Shown here: one piece after another, positions 8,613 through 19,281 of the stretch
Layout: every line of letters begins with the position of its first letter
Position numbering within the stretch: the stretch's first letter is position 1
Source: Candidatus Bathyarchaeota archaeon
GTDB taxonomy: Archaea; Thermoproteota; Bathyarchaeia; Hecatellales; Hecatellaceae
DNA: 64,000 nt
Assembly (NCBI GenBank): GCA_052246995.1
Contig: JBQPWD010000001.1
Location: 142,652 to 206,651, forward strand
Direction: 5' to 3'
Position numbers and translations under genes: made by a program
The notes under the pieces: model-generated
Told to the model about the DNA's origin: nothing
The model's database searches: none
What the model saw: the letters and a program-made list of their open reading frames with translations, nothing else

Positions 8613-10568
8613 TTACATTTTTTCTGGTGTTTTTATTCCAAGTAGGTTTAATCCATTTTTAAGCACAATTTCAACAATTTCAACAAGTTTTAATCTGGTA
8701 TCTCTTAAATACTCGTTTTCAGCTTTTAAAACTGGAAGTTTATCGTAGAATAGGTTAAAACTGTCTGCAACATTATTCAAATATTCAGTTATCACTTCAG
8801 GTTTAAGGTTATCGGCAGCTTCACAAAAAACTTCTGGAAAACTTGCAAGCTTAATTGTAAGGTCTTTTTCTAATGGGTTTGTAAGAACTTCTGAAACTAT
8901 TTTTTCAGGTTTAAAGTTAACCTTTTTAAGAATGTTTAACGCTCTTGTATAAGCATACTGGATGTATGGACCTGCATTTGTTTCAAAGTTTAAAACTTTG
9001 CTCCATGTAAAATTAAAAGTTTTTGATGCTGAAACACTAAGCATGGCATATTTTACTGCCCCGATACCTACAACTTCTGCTATCTTTTTTTTCTCCTCCT
9101 CTGCTAGTTGTTGTGAACGTTGTGATACTTCCCTATAAGCCATACTTACAGCTTCATCAATAAGCTCATTAAAGGTAACATACCTCCCCCTTCTTCTTGA
9201 CATTTTATACTCTGGGAATCTTACAAGCTCATAAGCGTAATGAATTAAATTATCTAATGCTTTATCTATCCCTAAAGCAAGTAAGGCAACTTTTAACTGA
9301 AGCTGGGCAAGCTTCTGGTCAACACCTATAACGTTTATTACTTTATCAGCAAATGCAAATTTTCTTAAATGGTATGCAACATCCCTGGTGGTGTAAAGGC
9401 TTGTACCATCACTCCTAACTAAAACCAGATTTGGTATTTCAAGTAAGCTTTCTCCAAAAAGTTTTTCTTTTACTCCTAATTTTTCAGCAACATCTTTAAC
9501 ATTAAAAACCATAGCTCCATTGCTTGTGAATGTAAAGTTCGTATTTCTAAGCTTTTCAACAACATCTTTAACTTCCCCACTCCAAACTAGGCTGCTTTCC
9601 CAATCCCAGCTATCAAAAAATACGTCAACTCTGCTAAGCGTTTTCTTAAAACTTTTAATACATTCATCCACAACTTTTTTGATAAGTTTTACAGTTTCCT
9701 CCTCCTTAAGCTCATAACTTTTCACAATGTCTTCTATAGCCTTATCAGGGTTGGCATCCTCGTTTACCTTGTCCCAAATCTTGTAGAAGACATCCTTATC
9801 AATGTTTTCAAGCTCAGCTGCAATTGAAACATACTCATCAAGTTTTTCCCTAATTTTTTTCTCTTCAAACTCATCCTTAACAATTTTAAGCTTTTCCTTT
9901 AAACTTTTTATCGTGATTACACAATTTACAGCTGCATAGATAAAACCAAAAAACCTATCTACATCTTCCTTTATCTCCGGTTGGTTAATGGCCTTATAAC
10001 CGTAAACTGTTGTTGCAACCTGTTTTCCAACATCGTTAATGTAAAAGTGTACTTTAACATGATGTCCCCTAGCTTTAAGAATTCTTGCTAGGGCGTCTCC
10101 GAGAATTGTATTTCTTGCTGTTCCAGCATGTAAAGGTCCGCTTGGGTTTGCACTTGTATGCTCAACTATAATTTTTTCAGGTTTATGGGTTTTAATTAAA
10201 CCATAATTTAACCCAACTTTATCTACAACTTCAACAAGCAACTTAAAAAGTTTTGATGTAGCAATATAAAAGTTTACATACCCATTTAACGGTTCAACTT
10301 TTTCAATAAATTTGAAATCTAACCTCCTCATTTCATTAACAACCCTTACTGACAAAGCGTTGGGCTCCTCACCAACAACCTTTGAAACTTCAAAACATAG
10401 TGAAGATGCAAAGTTTCCAAATTTTGGTGTTGGCGGTACTGTTAAGAAATGTTTTGGTAAAATATAATCTGGGAAAAGTTTTTTAATGGATTTTTCAAGC
10501 AAAATTCTACATTCATGTTTTACCATACCTATCGGATTTTGACTTAACTCTTCTACATTCCACATCAT
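8613..10568 (-). CDS. argS: Arginyl-tRNA synthetase
   Basis: 651 aa. TSANPSGPLHAGTARNTILGDALARIL is the class I HIGH motif region of ArgRS. A C-terminal anticodon-binding DALR-like region is present. Confidence 0.85.
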   Translation of the reverse strand: MMWNVEELSQNPIGMVKHECRILLEKSIKKLFPDYILPKHFLTVPPTPKFGNFASSLCFEVSKVVGEEPNALSVRVVNEMRRLDFKFIEKVEPLNGYVNFYIATSKLFKLLVEVVDKVGLNYGLIKTHKPEKIIVEHTSANPSGPLHAGTARNTILGDALARILKARGHHVKVHFYINDVGKQVATTVYGYKAINQPEIKEDVDRFFGFIYAAVNCVITIKSLKEKLKIVKDEFEEKKIREKLDEYVSIAAELENIDKDVFYKIWDKVNEDANPDKAIEDIVKSYELKEEETVKLIKKVVDECIKSFKKTLSRVDVFFDSWDWESSLVWSGEVKDVVEKLRNTNFTFTSNGAMVFNVKDVAEKLGVKEKLFGESLLEIPNLVLVRSDGTSLYTTRDVAYHLRKFAFADKVINVIGVDQKLAQLQLKVALLALGIDKALDNLIHYAYELVRFPEYKMSRRRGRYVTFNELIDEAVSMAYREVSQRSQQLAEEEKKKIAEVVGIGAVKYAMLSVSASKTFNFTWSKVLNFETNAGPYIQYAYTRALNILKKVNFKPEKIVSEVLTNPLEKDLTIKLASFPEVFCEAADNLKPEVITEYLNNVADSFNLFYDKLPVLKAENEYLRDTRLKLVEIVEIVLKNGLNLLGIKTPEKM

Positions 10569-10874
10569 AAATGTACACCAATTTTTTCATTAAACTGTTT
10601 CTTAACTCTTAACCTTAGGTGGAGTTCTTTATCCAGTTTTAAGCAACTATTTTATTATCTTCCCGCTTGATAAGCTTAATACTAACTAAATCTGCTTAGC
10701 CTAGCTTCATAAACTTAAAGGTCAACTTTCTGTTTGTTTGGGGTGTTTTTAGCGGATACACGCTGCATAACTTGGATAAATGTTTATATGCTCCATGGGA
10801 TTATCTTTACTAGACGGCATGACATAATATTTCGTGTTTTGAATTATTTTAAATTTCGAAATATTTCTACGACG

Positions 10875-12485
10875 GTGATTGTCTTGAACGGATACAAGGT
10901 TGTTCTTACTGCTGATAGAACATTGATGAGTAACTATGGAGGAGGCTTATTTTATGGTTTTATTACAACGGCTCCATGTAAAGGCTTCTTTTTTTCACTT
11001 CCACAAATGCTTTATACCTTTATCTTTAAACCTGTTAAAGCTGATAAGTATGGTAGGGCTCAATTAGCTCCTCATGGTTTAAGAAGGATAGAGGCTGCAA
11101 TAGTTGAAAGCGGAGTTGTTTCTCCTGAAGAAATTGTTGTTTCACCACCTGAAAAGCTTAGAAGCGTTGTCGGTGAAAAAACAGCTATAATAGGTATATC
11201 AGCAAACGATCCTCTTGGAAAAGGGCCTGCATCAACAACAATTGCTGGTGAAACTGGGGTTATTCATGAGGAACCTCATACTGCTTTCCAGTTTAGGAAA
11301 CTGGTTACAAGCAAGGTTGTACAGGATGCAAGGAAAAGGGGTGCTAAGGTTGTTGTTGGAGGTGCTGGTGCGTGGCAAATAGGGTTAGATGTTATGAAAC
11401 GTTATGGTATAGATTTTGTTGTTGATGGTGAAGGTGAAATTGTTACGCCAAAACTTTTTAAGAAGATTTTAAACGGGGAAAAGCTTGAAACACCTAGAAT
11501 AATAAAAACCAAGTTTGACGAATACCCTGATGCTGACCAAATTCCACTTTTAAGAGGTGCTACAGTTGGGGGTGTTGTTGAAGTTTCTAGGGGATGTGGA
11601 CGTGGTTGCCGTTTCTGCACTCCAACTTTAAGAAGGCTTAGACATAGAAGCATGGAAAACATCATCAAAGATGTTGAAACAAACATAAGGTTTGGGCAAA
11701 ATGCAATTTGTCTTCATGCTGAAGACTTTTTCAGATATGGTTCCTATGATTATGCTGTTAAACATGACAAGGTTATAGAGCTTATTACCAAGATATTAAA
11801 ACTTAAAGGTTTAAGGTCTCTTGGTCCAAGCCATATAGCTCTAGTTTCTATTGCAACTTCACCAAAAACAGCTGAAGCTTTTTCCGAACTTATAATATCA
11901 AGGCTAAATCAACCTTGGGTTGCGTATCAAACGGGTATAGAAACAGGTAGTCCACGTTTAATTGAAATGTACATGGATAAAAAACTCTTCCCCTATAAAC
12001 CTAAAGATTGGCCTGAAGTTGTGGAAAGAGCTTTTGCAGTTTCTGCGGATTATAACCTTATTCCTTGTGCAACAGTTATTGTAAACCTACCTGGCGAAAC
12101 TGAGGAGGATGTTAATAAAACAATTGAGCTTTTGGAGAAACTTAAACCATATAAAAGCTTTATAGCTCCACTACTTTTTGTTCCAGCTAGGAGTGATTTG
12201 CACAGGTATAGGTTTATGAGGCTTATTGAGGACGCCAAACCATGGCATATTGAGCTTTACAGAACTATTTGGAGACATGATGTAAGGTGGCTTGAATCAT
12301 TAAGCATAGAATACATTAAACATAACAACCCGTTAACAAAGCTTTTTATTAGGATGTTTGTTAAGTACGTTGTAAGCTATGCAAACAGAGTTGCTGAAAA
12401 GTTCTTTAATGAAAAACTTAAAAGCTTAGAAAGTAAGCTTCAAAAATTGGCTTCTCAACAGGTTTTTGGTGTTGTGCGTAATTAA
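10875..12485 (+). CDS. Radical SAM protein with N-terminal B12-binding-like/Rossmann domain (function unknown)
   Basis: SRGCGRGCRFCTPT carries a CxxxCxxC motif. The track ORF begins at 10734 but its first 47 codons look non-genic. An in-frame GTG at 10875 gives the N-terminus MIVLNGYKVVLTADRTL, which looks like a Rossmann beta-strand. Confidence 0.6.
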   Translation: MIVLNGYKVVLTADRTLMSNYGGGLFYGFITTAPCKGFFFSLPQMLYTFIFKPVKADKYGRAQLAPHGLRRIEAAIVESGVVSPEEIVVSPPEKLRSVVGEKTAIIGISANDPLGKGPASTTIAGETGVIHEEPHTAFQFRKLVTSKVVQDARKRGAKVVVGGAGAWQIGLDVMKRYGIDFVVDGEGEIVTPKLFKKILNGEKLETPRIIKTKFDEYPDADQIPLLRGATVGGVVEVSRGCGRGCRFCTPTLRRLRHRSMENIIKDVETNIRFGQNAICLHAEDFFRYGSYDYAVKHDKVIELITKILKLKGLRSLGPSHIALVSIATSPKTAEAFSELIISRLNQPWVAYQTGIETGSPRLIEMYMDKKLFPYKPKDWPEVVERAFAVSADYNLIPCATVIVNLPGETEEDVNKTIELLEKLKPYKSFIAPLLFVPARSDLHRYRFMRLIEDAKPWHIELYRTIWRHDVRWLESLSIEYIKHNNPLTKLFIRMFVKYVVSYANRVAEKFFNEKLKSLESKLQKLASQQVFGVVRN

Positions 12486-12838
12486 CCACCTTTCCACTCT
12501 TCCTCATGTATAAGCTCTGTTATAACGTCTTTTAATGGTCTTCTGAAAAGCTCTCTTACAGAGTTAAGCAGATTTCTACCTCTTTCAGTTAAGGAGTAAT
12601 ATTTTGCATACCTTCTTCCACGTTTTTTCCAGTTACCCTTAATAAACTTATCCTCCTCTAAACCATACAGAATAGGGTAAACAACACTCGTTGGAAGCTT
12701 ATGGTTTGTTAGTCTTTTAATTTCCTTAACTATCTCATAACCACAGGAAGGCTTTTTGTTTAAAATCCAAAGTACAATAGAGTTTGAAAGCCCCCTTACA
12801 ATACTCCTTATAAATTTACTTTGACTATTTTCAGACAT
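12482..12838 (-). CDS. PadR-family winged-helix transcriptional regulator
   Basis: 118 aa. GYEIVKEIKRLTNHKLPTSVVYPILYGLEEDKFIKG is the PadR wHTH signature. Confidence 0.7.
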   Translation of the reverse strand: MSENSQSKFIRSIVRGLSNSIVLWILNKKPSCGYEIVKEIKRLTNHKLPTSVVYPILYGLEEDKFIKGNWKKRGRRYAKYYSLTERGRNLLNSVRELFRRPLKDVITELIHEEEWKGG

Positions 12839-12982
12839 TTTTATAGCAACACTTCTCCTCTTACTGTGTAGTGTAATAGTGGAAAGAAAAGTTTAAGGTT
12901 TTCTATACAATAAAAGTGTTTTCCTAAAAATTCAGATATTTGTTTAAAGTTTATAGGCTTTTGTTTTTAAGTTAGGATATGT

Positions 12983-13438
12983 ATGGAAACTCCAAGCTTA
13001 GAAGCATTTCTTATCTTCCTTTTATTATCTCTTCTTCCAACAATCGAGCTTCGTGGCTCAATACCGTACGGGTTGGTTTACAACTTTAACCCGTACTTCA
13101 CCGTTATACTGGCAATCATCACAAGTTCCATGGTTTTCTTTCCCATCTACCACTTTCTGAATTTTTACCAGAAAAATATGCCTCCTTTTTGCCGAAGCAT
13201 TGTCGAAAAAACAAGAATTAGGGGTCAAAAGTATGTTGATAAGTATGGTTTGCTTGGCTTAGCAATCTTTGTTGCAATACCTTTTCCTGGCTCTGGTGTG
13301 TGGAGTGGTTCTGTCATTGCATGGCTACTTGGAATTAAATGGTATAAAGCTTTTATATCAATATTCACTGGAAACATTGTTGCAGGTTTAATGGTTTTCT
13401 TGGTAGCTACGGGATTTTTAAGCTTCAAGCTTATGTAA
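12983..13438 (+). CDS. Small multidrug-export-like membrane protein (COG2426 / Sm_multidrug_ex family)
   Basis: 151 aa, 4 TM. IELRGSIP...AIPFPGSGVWSG motifs match this family. Confidence 0.5.
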   Translation: METPSLEAFLIFLLLSLLPTIELRGSIPYGLVYNFNPYFTVILAIITSSMVFFPIYHFLNFYQKNMPPFCRSIVEKTRIRGQKYVDKYGLLGLAIFVAIPFPGSGVWSGSVIAWLLGIKWYKAFISIFTGNIVAGLMVFLVATGFLSFKLM

Positions 13439-13514
13439 CACTCATGTTTACGTAAACTTTAATATGTTTAGACTTTTTACATAAAGTTGTACTTAAAATG
13501 GTTATTTTTAGAAG

Positions 13515-14933
13515 GTGAGTTTTACGAGGGTCCTTCTAGTTAACCCTCCATGTTTTGATGTTGAGCTTTACTCAACAGCTGGTTTTGTTGCGCCGCCTTT
13601 AGGCCTAGCTTATCTTGCAGCTGTTCTTGAGAAGAATTGTTATAATGTTGAGATTTTAGACCTCCCAGCTTTGAATATTGGTTTGGATATCTTTAAAAAG
13701 ATTATTGAAAGACGTCCACTAGATATTGTGGGTGTTACAGCAACAACATCAACTATCAACTCAGCATATAAAATCATTAAAATTGTTAAGCAAATTTCAC
13801 CTGAAACGCTTACCGTGTTAGGTGGTGCTCATGTAACATTTGTACCTGAAAGAACAATGAATGAATGTCCGCAGATTGATGTTGGATGCATAGGTGAGGG
13901 TGAATACACCTTTCTCGAGCTTGTTCAAACAGTGGAAAGCGAGGGTTGTTTGGAGAAGGTTAAAGGTATAGTTTATAGGGATAAGGATGGGTTAATTAGG
14001 AAGAACCCTCCAAGATGTTATATTGAGAATCTTGATGAACTTCCATTTCCTGCTAGACATTTACTTCCAATGGATAAATACAGGGTTTTTAATGAAAAAA
14101 TGATTATTGGAACAATTTTAACTAGTAGAGGTTGTCCCTTTAACTGTATTTTTTGCTCATCATCCCTGCTTTTTGGTAAAAAGTTTAGAGCTAGAAGCCC
14201 GGGTAATGTTGTAGACGAGATTGAACAGTTTCAGGAGGCATACAAAACAAGGTATGTTGAGTTTATAGATGATACGTTTACATTTGATAAAAAGAGGGCT
14301 GAAGAAATTTGCAGGGAAATTATTAGGAGGAGGCTTGATGTAAGCTGGGTTTGTTCATGCAGGGTTGACCTGATACATAGGGAGTTAATGAAGCTTTTAA
14401 AGAAAGCTGGGTGTAGAATGATATACTTTGGTGTTGAATCTGGTGTTCAACGTGTATTAAATCTTATGAGAAAAGGCATCAAAGTTGAACAAGCTTACAG
14501 GGTTATTAAATGGGCTAGGGAAGTAGGTCTTGAAACCGTTGCCTCCTTTATTCTAGGAACGCCTGGTGAAACAATGAAGGAAGCATTACAAACAATAAAA
14601 TTTGCTAAAAAGCTAAATCCAGATTATGCTCAATTTTCTATAGCAACACCTTTTCCTGGAACTGAACTTTACAAGATTGCAAAAGAGAGGGGGCTACTTC
14701 TTACAGAAGACTGGTCTAAGTACACTGTTTTAGAACCTGTTATGAGAACAAAAGAACTTACTGTTAAGCAACTGCAAAAACTTATTAAAAAAGCCTACTT
14801 TTCATTCTACCTTCGACCTAAAACAATTTTAAGGTATGTTATTAATGGACATTTTAAGAAGCTAATCTTAAATGTTATGAGAAATTATCTTCTCCAAAGT
14901 TTTCTAAGAAAACCATTTACATGGGAGTTGTAA
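13515..14933 (+). CDS. B12-binding-domain radical SAM protein (class B radical SAM)
   Basis: 472 aa with GTG start. The N-terminal GLAYLAAVLEKNCYNVEILD...VGVTA is a B12-binding Rossmann domain. TSRGCPFNCIFCSS carries CxxxCxxC. Confidence 0.75.
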   Translation: MSFTRVLLVNPPCFDVELYSTAGFVAPPLGLAYLAAVLEKNCYNVEILDLPALNIGLDIFKKIIERRPLDIVGVTATTSTINSAYKIIKIVKQISPETLTVLGGAHVTFVPERTMNECPQIDVGCIGEGEYTFLELVQTVESEGCLEKVKGIVYRDKDGLIRKNPPRCYIENLDELPFPARHLLPMDKYRVFNEKMIIGTILTSRGCPFNCIFCSSSLLFGKKFRARSPGNVVDEIEQFQEAYKTRYVEFIDDTFTFDKKRAEEICREIIRRRLDVSWVCSCRVDLIHRELMKLLKKAGCRMIYFGVESGVQRVLNLMRKGIKVEQAYRVIKWAREVGLETVASFILGTPGETMKEALQTIKFAKKLNPDYAQFSIATPFPGTELYKIAKERGLLLTEDWSKYTVLEPVMRTKELTVKQLQKLIKKAYFSFYLRPKTILRYVINGHFKKLILNVMRNYLLQSFLRKPFTWEL

Positions 14934-15014
14934 CATAGAAACTTTTATTTGTTAAACCTTAAGATACATTTATAGCAGCCTTATTCCTTCAATTATGCGG
15001 GGTTAATAGAAAGG

Positions 15015-15332
15015 TTGAAGAAGATAGCATTAGTAGCAGATGTTGAAACTGCAAGCTTTTTTAAGGCTTCAGGGTTAAAACTAGCTTACGGTGTTAAGGA
15101 TGGTAAAGAAGCTGAAAAGATTATCTGGGATTTGGCTAAAAACCCTGATGTGGTTATCCTCATGGTCACCGAAGCTATAGCCGACCAAGTAAAACCTGTA
15201 CTTGACGAGGTTTCAAGAAAAATTTATCCAACAGTTATTGTTATACCCGGAAAGGAAGGCCCAATTGTTGGTAGAGAGTCTCCCATTCTTTCTCTTGTAA
15301 GAAAAACTATAGGTGTTGAAATTAAGATATAG
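15015..15332 (+). CDS. atpF: A/V-type ATP synthase subunit F
   Basis: 105 aa with TTG start. KIALVADVETASFFKASG...VILMVTEAIA matches subunit F. It lies directly upstream of atpA and atpB. Confidence 0.8.
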   Translation: MKKIALVADVETASFFKASGLKLAYGVKDGKEAEKIIWDLAKNPDVVILMVTEAIADQVKPVLDEVSRKIYPTVIVIPGKEGPIVGRESPILSLVRKTIGVEIKI

Positions 15333-15419
15333 TAGAGACTGTAATAACAGTAAAGTTTTTAATTGTTTTAAGTTTAATGTTTTACGTGGCGTGAAAATGA
15401 GTGTTTAGAGGAGGTAACC

Positions 15420-17195
15420 TTGAAGGCTAAAGGTGAAATTATCCGTATTGCAGGTCCAGCGGTTGTTGCTAAAAATATGAGTGGAAGTCAAATGTACGAG
15501 CTTGTAATGGTTGGAGCGGAAAAACTTGTAGGCGAAATTATAAAGATTGAAGGTGATAAAGCTACAATCCAAGTTTATGAGGAAACCTCAGGTCTTAAAC
15601 CAGGTGAACCTGTTGAAAGAACAGGTAAACCTTTATCTGTTGAACTTGGCCCAGGAATCATAGGACAAATTTACGATGGTATCCAAAGACCTTTACCGTT
15701 AATTTCTCAGGTTGTTGGGCCATTCCTTAGACGTGGTGTTGCTGTTACCTCTCTTGATAGGAATAAAAAGTGGACCTTTACTCCTAAAGTTAAGGTTGGA
15801 GATAAGGTTGTTGGTGGAGATGTTGTTGGTGAGGTACCCGAAACACCTCTTTTAAAACATAAAATTCTTGTCCCCCCGGATGTTGGTGGTACTGTTAAAG
15901 ACATAGTTAAGGAGGGAGAATACACGGTAACAGAGCATATTGCAACAATATCTACATCTTCTGGTGAATTTAGGCTTTCTATGATGCAAACTTGGCCTGT
16001 TAGAGTAGGCAGGCCTTACAAGCTTAAACTTCCACCAGATACTCCTCTTTTAACAGGTCAAAGAATATTTGACACATTTTTCCCCATGGCTAAGGGTGGT
16101 CAAGGAGCTATACCTGGAGGTTTTGGTACAGGCAAAACTGTTATGCTTCACCAGCTGGCTCAGTGGGCTGACACTCATGTAGTTGTTTATATTGGTTGCG
16201 GTGAGCGTGGAAACGAGATGGCGGAGGTTCTTGAAAGATTTCCTAAACTTAAAGATCCAAGGTCAGGTAGACCCTTAATGGAGAGAACTGTTCTTATTGC
16301 TAACACCTCTAACATGCCTATTGCCGCCAGAGAGGCAAGTATCTATACTGGAATAACTATAGGTGAATACTTTAGGGATATGGGATACGACGTAGCCTTA
16401 ATGGCTGACTCAACCTCAAGATGGGCTGAAGCTTTAAGAGAAATTTCAGGTAGGCTTGAAGAAATGCCTGGTGAAGAGGGTTATCCAGCCTACCTTGCCT
16501 CACGTTTAGCCGAGTTTTATGAACGAGCTGGTAGAGTTGTAACTTTAGGTTCAGAGCATAGGGTTGGTTCTGTAAGCGTTGTTGGTGCTGTATCTCCTCC
16601 AGGTGCAGATTTCTCTGAACCTGTAACTCAAAACACGTTAAGAATTATTAAGGTGTTTTGGGGTTTAGATAAGAGTTTAGCCGAAAAAAGACATTTCCCA
16701 GCTATAAACTGGCTTACAAGCTATTCCCTATATTATGAAACGCTTGAACAATGGTATTTAAAAAATGCGGCTTTAGACTGGTCTGAGCTTAGAAGTAAGG
16801 CTTTATGGCTTCTTCAAAGAGAGGAGGAGCTTCAAGAAATAGTTAGGCTTGTTGGTCCAGATGCACTCTCTGAAGCTCAAAGAGCAATATTGGAGGCTGC
16901 AAAAATGATTAGGGAGGATTTTTTAATGCAAAGTGCATATCATCCTGTTGATACCTACTGCTCTACTGACAAATGCTACAGCATGCTTAAGGTAATCATA
17001 AAGTTTTATGACGAGATGAAGAAGGCTGTTGAAGCTGGAGTGTTAATAAGAGATATAATCGCTCTTCCAATAGTTGAAGAGATATCCAGAATTAAGTTTT
17101 TGCCAAAAGATGAGGCTACAAAAGTTTGTAAGGAGCTTGAAACAAAAATTTCTGAACATTTTAACTCTCTCAAAACTTCAACCACTCGGAGGTAA
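15420..17195 (+). CDS. atpA: A/V-type ATP synthase catalytic subunit A
   Basis: 591 aa. TTG start preceded by GAGGAGGT. Walker [10 protein letters not shown]. Non-homologous-region insertion typical of A-type subunit A. Confidence 0.95.
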   Translation: MKAKGEIIRIAGPAVVAKNMSGSQMYELVMVGAEKLVGEIIKIEGDKATIQVYEETSGLKPGEPVERTGKPLSVELGPGIIGQIYDGIQRPLPLISQVVGPFLRRGVAVTSLDRNKKWTFTPKVKVGDKVVGGDVVGEVPETPLLKHKILVPPDVGGTVKDIVKEGEYTVTEHIATISTSSGEFRLSMMQTWPVRVGRPYKLKLPPDTPLLTGQRIFDTFFPMAKGGQGAIPGGFGTGKTVMLHQLAQWADTHVVVYIGCGERGNEMAEVLERFPKLKDPRSGRPLMERTVLIANTSNMPIAAREASIYTGITIGEYFRDMGYDVALMADSTSRWAEALREISGRLEEMPGEEGYPAYLASRLAEFYERAGRVVTLGSEHRVGSVSVVGAVSPPGADFSEPVTQNTLRIIKVFWGLDKSLAEKRHFPAINWLTSYSLYYETLEQWYLKNAALDWSELRSKALWLLQREEELQEIVRLVGPDALSEAQRAILEAAKMIREDFLMQSAYHPVDTYCSTDKCYSMLKVIIKFYDEMKKAVEAGVLIRDIIALPIVEEISRIKFLPKDEATKVCKELETKISEHFNSLKTSTTRR

Positions 17196-17201
17196 GTTTT
17201 T

Positions 17202-18605
17202 ATGAGCAAGACAATTTTAACTGGCAAGGAATATACAACTGTTAAAGAAATAGCGGGACCTCTTCTTTTTGTTGAAAGGACAAGCGGTATAGCTTATGGT
17301 GAAGTTGTAAAGGTTTATACTCCCACAGGTGAAGAAAGAACTGGCCAAGTTTTAGAGGTTTCTGAGAATGTTGCTGTTGTTCAAGTTTTTGAGGGGACTT
17401 CAGGTCTTGATGTTACAAAAACTGTTGCAAAATTTACAGGCGAGACTTTAAAGTTTCCAGTTTCAATGGATATAGTTGGAAGAATATTTGACGGTAGCGG
17501 TAAACCAGTTGACGGAGGGCCAGAAATAATTCCAGAAGACATCCGGGATATTCATGGAGCTCCTATAAACCCTCATTCTAGGGCTTATCCTGCGGAGTTT
17601 ATTCAAACAGGTATTTCAGCCATAGATGGAATGAATACTCTTGTTCGTGGGCAGAAGCTTCCACTGTTCTCTGGTTCAGGTTTACCTCACAATCTTATAG
17701 CAGCTCAGATAGCTAGGCAAGCTAAAGTTCTAGGTAAGGAGGAAGAGTTTGCTGTTGTTTTTGCAGCTATGGGGATAACCGCTGATGAAGCTAGATTTTT
17801 TAGGGAAGACTTTGAACGTAGGGGTGCCATGGATAGAGTTGTAATGTTTATTAACCTTGCAGATGACCCTGCAATTGAGAGAATAATTACCCCTAGACTT
17901 GCCTTAACTGCCGCAGAATTTTTAGCATTTGAATATGATATGCATATCCTTGTAATTTTAACTGATATGACAAATTATGCTGAAGCTTTAAGGGAGATTT
18001 CAGCTGCAAGAGAGGAGGTTCCCGGTAGGAGAGGATATCCTGGATATATGTATACTGACCTAGCTACAATCTATGAGCGTGCTGGTAGAATTCATGGTAA
18101 AAAAGGTTCAATTACGCAGATACCCATACTTACCATGCCGCATGATGATATAACTCATCCAATTCCAGATTTAACAGGGTATATTACTGAGGGACAAATT
18201 TATGTTGAAAGAGCCCTGCATATGAAGGGTATTTATCCACCTATCAACGTTTTACCATCACTTTCAAGACTTATGAATGAGGGTATTGGCAAAGGTAAAA
18301 CTAGGGAAGAACATAGGTATGTTGCTGACCAGCTGTATTATGCTTATGCTGAAGGTAGAAGTTTAAGGGAGCTTGTTGCAGTAATAGGTGAGGAAGCTCT
18401 CACAGAGAGAGATAGAAAATACTTGGAATTTGCCGATAGGTATGAAAGGGAATTTGTAAATCAAGGACCCTACGAGGAAAGGGATATAGAAAAAACCTTA
18501 GACCTTGGCTGGGAGCTTCTTACGATGTTTCCTGAAGCTGAGCTTAAACGTATAGATCCAGTCTTCATAAAGAAGTATCATCCAAAATATCGTGGAAAAG
18601 TTTAG
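17202..18605 (+). CDS. atpB: A/V-type ATP synthase subunit B
   Basis: 467 aa, strongly conserved throughout (e.g. [22 protein letters not shown]). Confidence 0.95.
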   Translation: MSKTILTGKEYTTVKEIAGPLLFVERTSGIAYGEVVKVYTPTGEERTGQVLEVSENVAVVQVFEGTSGLDVTKTVAKFTGETLKFPVSMDIVGRIFDGSGKPVDGGPEIIPEDIRDIHGAPINPHSRAYPAEFIQTGISAIDGMNTLVRGQKLPLFSGSGLPHNLIAAQIARQAKVLGKEEEFAVVFAAMGITADEARFFREDFERRGAMDRVVMFINLADDPAIERIITPRLALTAAEFLAFEYDMHILVILTDMTNYAEALREISAAREEVPGRRGYPGYMYTDLATIYERAGRIHGKKGSITQIPILTMPHDDITHPIPDLTGYITEGQIYVERALHMKGIYPPINVLPSLSRLMNEGIGKGKTREEHRYVADQLYYAYAEGRSLRELVAVIGEEALTERDRKYLEFADRYEREFVNQGPYEERDIEKTLDLGWELLTMFPEAELKRIDPVFIKKYHPKYRGKV

Positions 18606-18675
18606 CATCGTAGGCTATTTTAATGTTTGAAGTCTTAAAACCACTGATTCTTGTATTGTCTATTTTAGTTCTTAT

Positions 18676-18695
18676 GCTAATCTTTTTTATTTTAT
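18676..18695 (+). terminator. Oligo-T tract downstream of atpB (archaeal-type terminator)
   Basis: ctaatcttttttattttat immediately 3' of the atpB stop. Confidence 0.3.
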
Positions 18696-18720
18696 ATAGG
18701 TGGTAGGAGGTTAAAAAAGA

Positions 18721-19281
18721 ATTTTTCAACATAAAAAACTTTGCAAAAAAGTTTTTTTAACAGGTAAACCTGGAGTTGGTAAAACTACTGTTGTAGAGAA
18801 AGTTACCTCGATACTAAGAAGTAAAGGTTTTAAGGTTGGCGGAATGGTTACGTTTGAAGTTAGAGAGGCTGGTGTGAGGAAAGGTTTTATGGTTACTGAT
18901 ATTTTAACTGGTAGAAAGGGAATTTTGGCATGGGTTGGTAGCTCTGAGCCTAAAATTGGAAAGTATAGTGTTAACATTAAAGAATTGGAGGAAGTTGGGG
19001 TTAATGCAATAAATGTCGCGTTGAATGATGCTGACATAATAGTTGTTGATGAGGTTGGACCTATGGAGCTTCTTTCCAGCAAATTTAGGGATATTGTTAA
19101 AACTTTAATCAATGTTCACAAACCTGTTATTGGCGTGGTTCATTATAGGTTTAAGGACTTGTTGTTTAAGGATGTTAAGGGAATCAGCAGTGTTGAGATT
19201 TTTGAAGTTTCTGTTGATAATAGAGAAAGCTTGGCTGGAAAAGTTGTAGATGTTCTTTTACCTAAGACAAACTTAACCTAA
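18721..19281 (+). CDS. THEP1-family nucleoside triphosphatase (MJ1559-like P-loop NTPase), start region disrupted
   Basis: The track ORF starts at 18844, but the in-frame upstream sequence encodes KKVFLTGKPGVGKTTVVEKV (Walker A). No in-frame ATG, GTG or TTG precedes it. The A6/T7 homopolymers at 18745-18758 sit next to an out-of-frame TTG; removing one A would restore TTG-QKVFLTGKPGVGKTT. Confidence 0.6.
   Translation: MFQHKKLCKKVFLTGKPGVGKTTVVEKVTSILRSKGFKVGGMVTFEVREAGVRKGFMVTDILTGRKGILAWVGSSEPKIGKYSVNIKELEEVGVNAINVALNDADIIVVDEVGPMELLSSKFRDIVKTLINVHKPVIGVVHYRFKDLLFKDVKGISSVEIFEVSVDNRESLAGKVVDVLLPKTNLT

Noticed and set aside
10734-10874. The long N-terminal extension of the radical SAM ORF as real coding sequence
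   Set aside because: The first 47 codons (MFGVFLADTRCITWINVYMLHGIIFTRRHDIIF...) lack the amino-acid composition of the rest of the protein. An in-frame GTG at 10875 gives a typical Rossmann-strand N-terminus.
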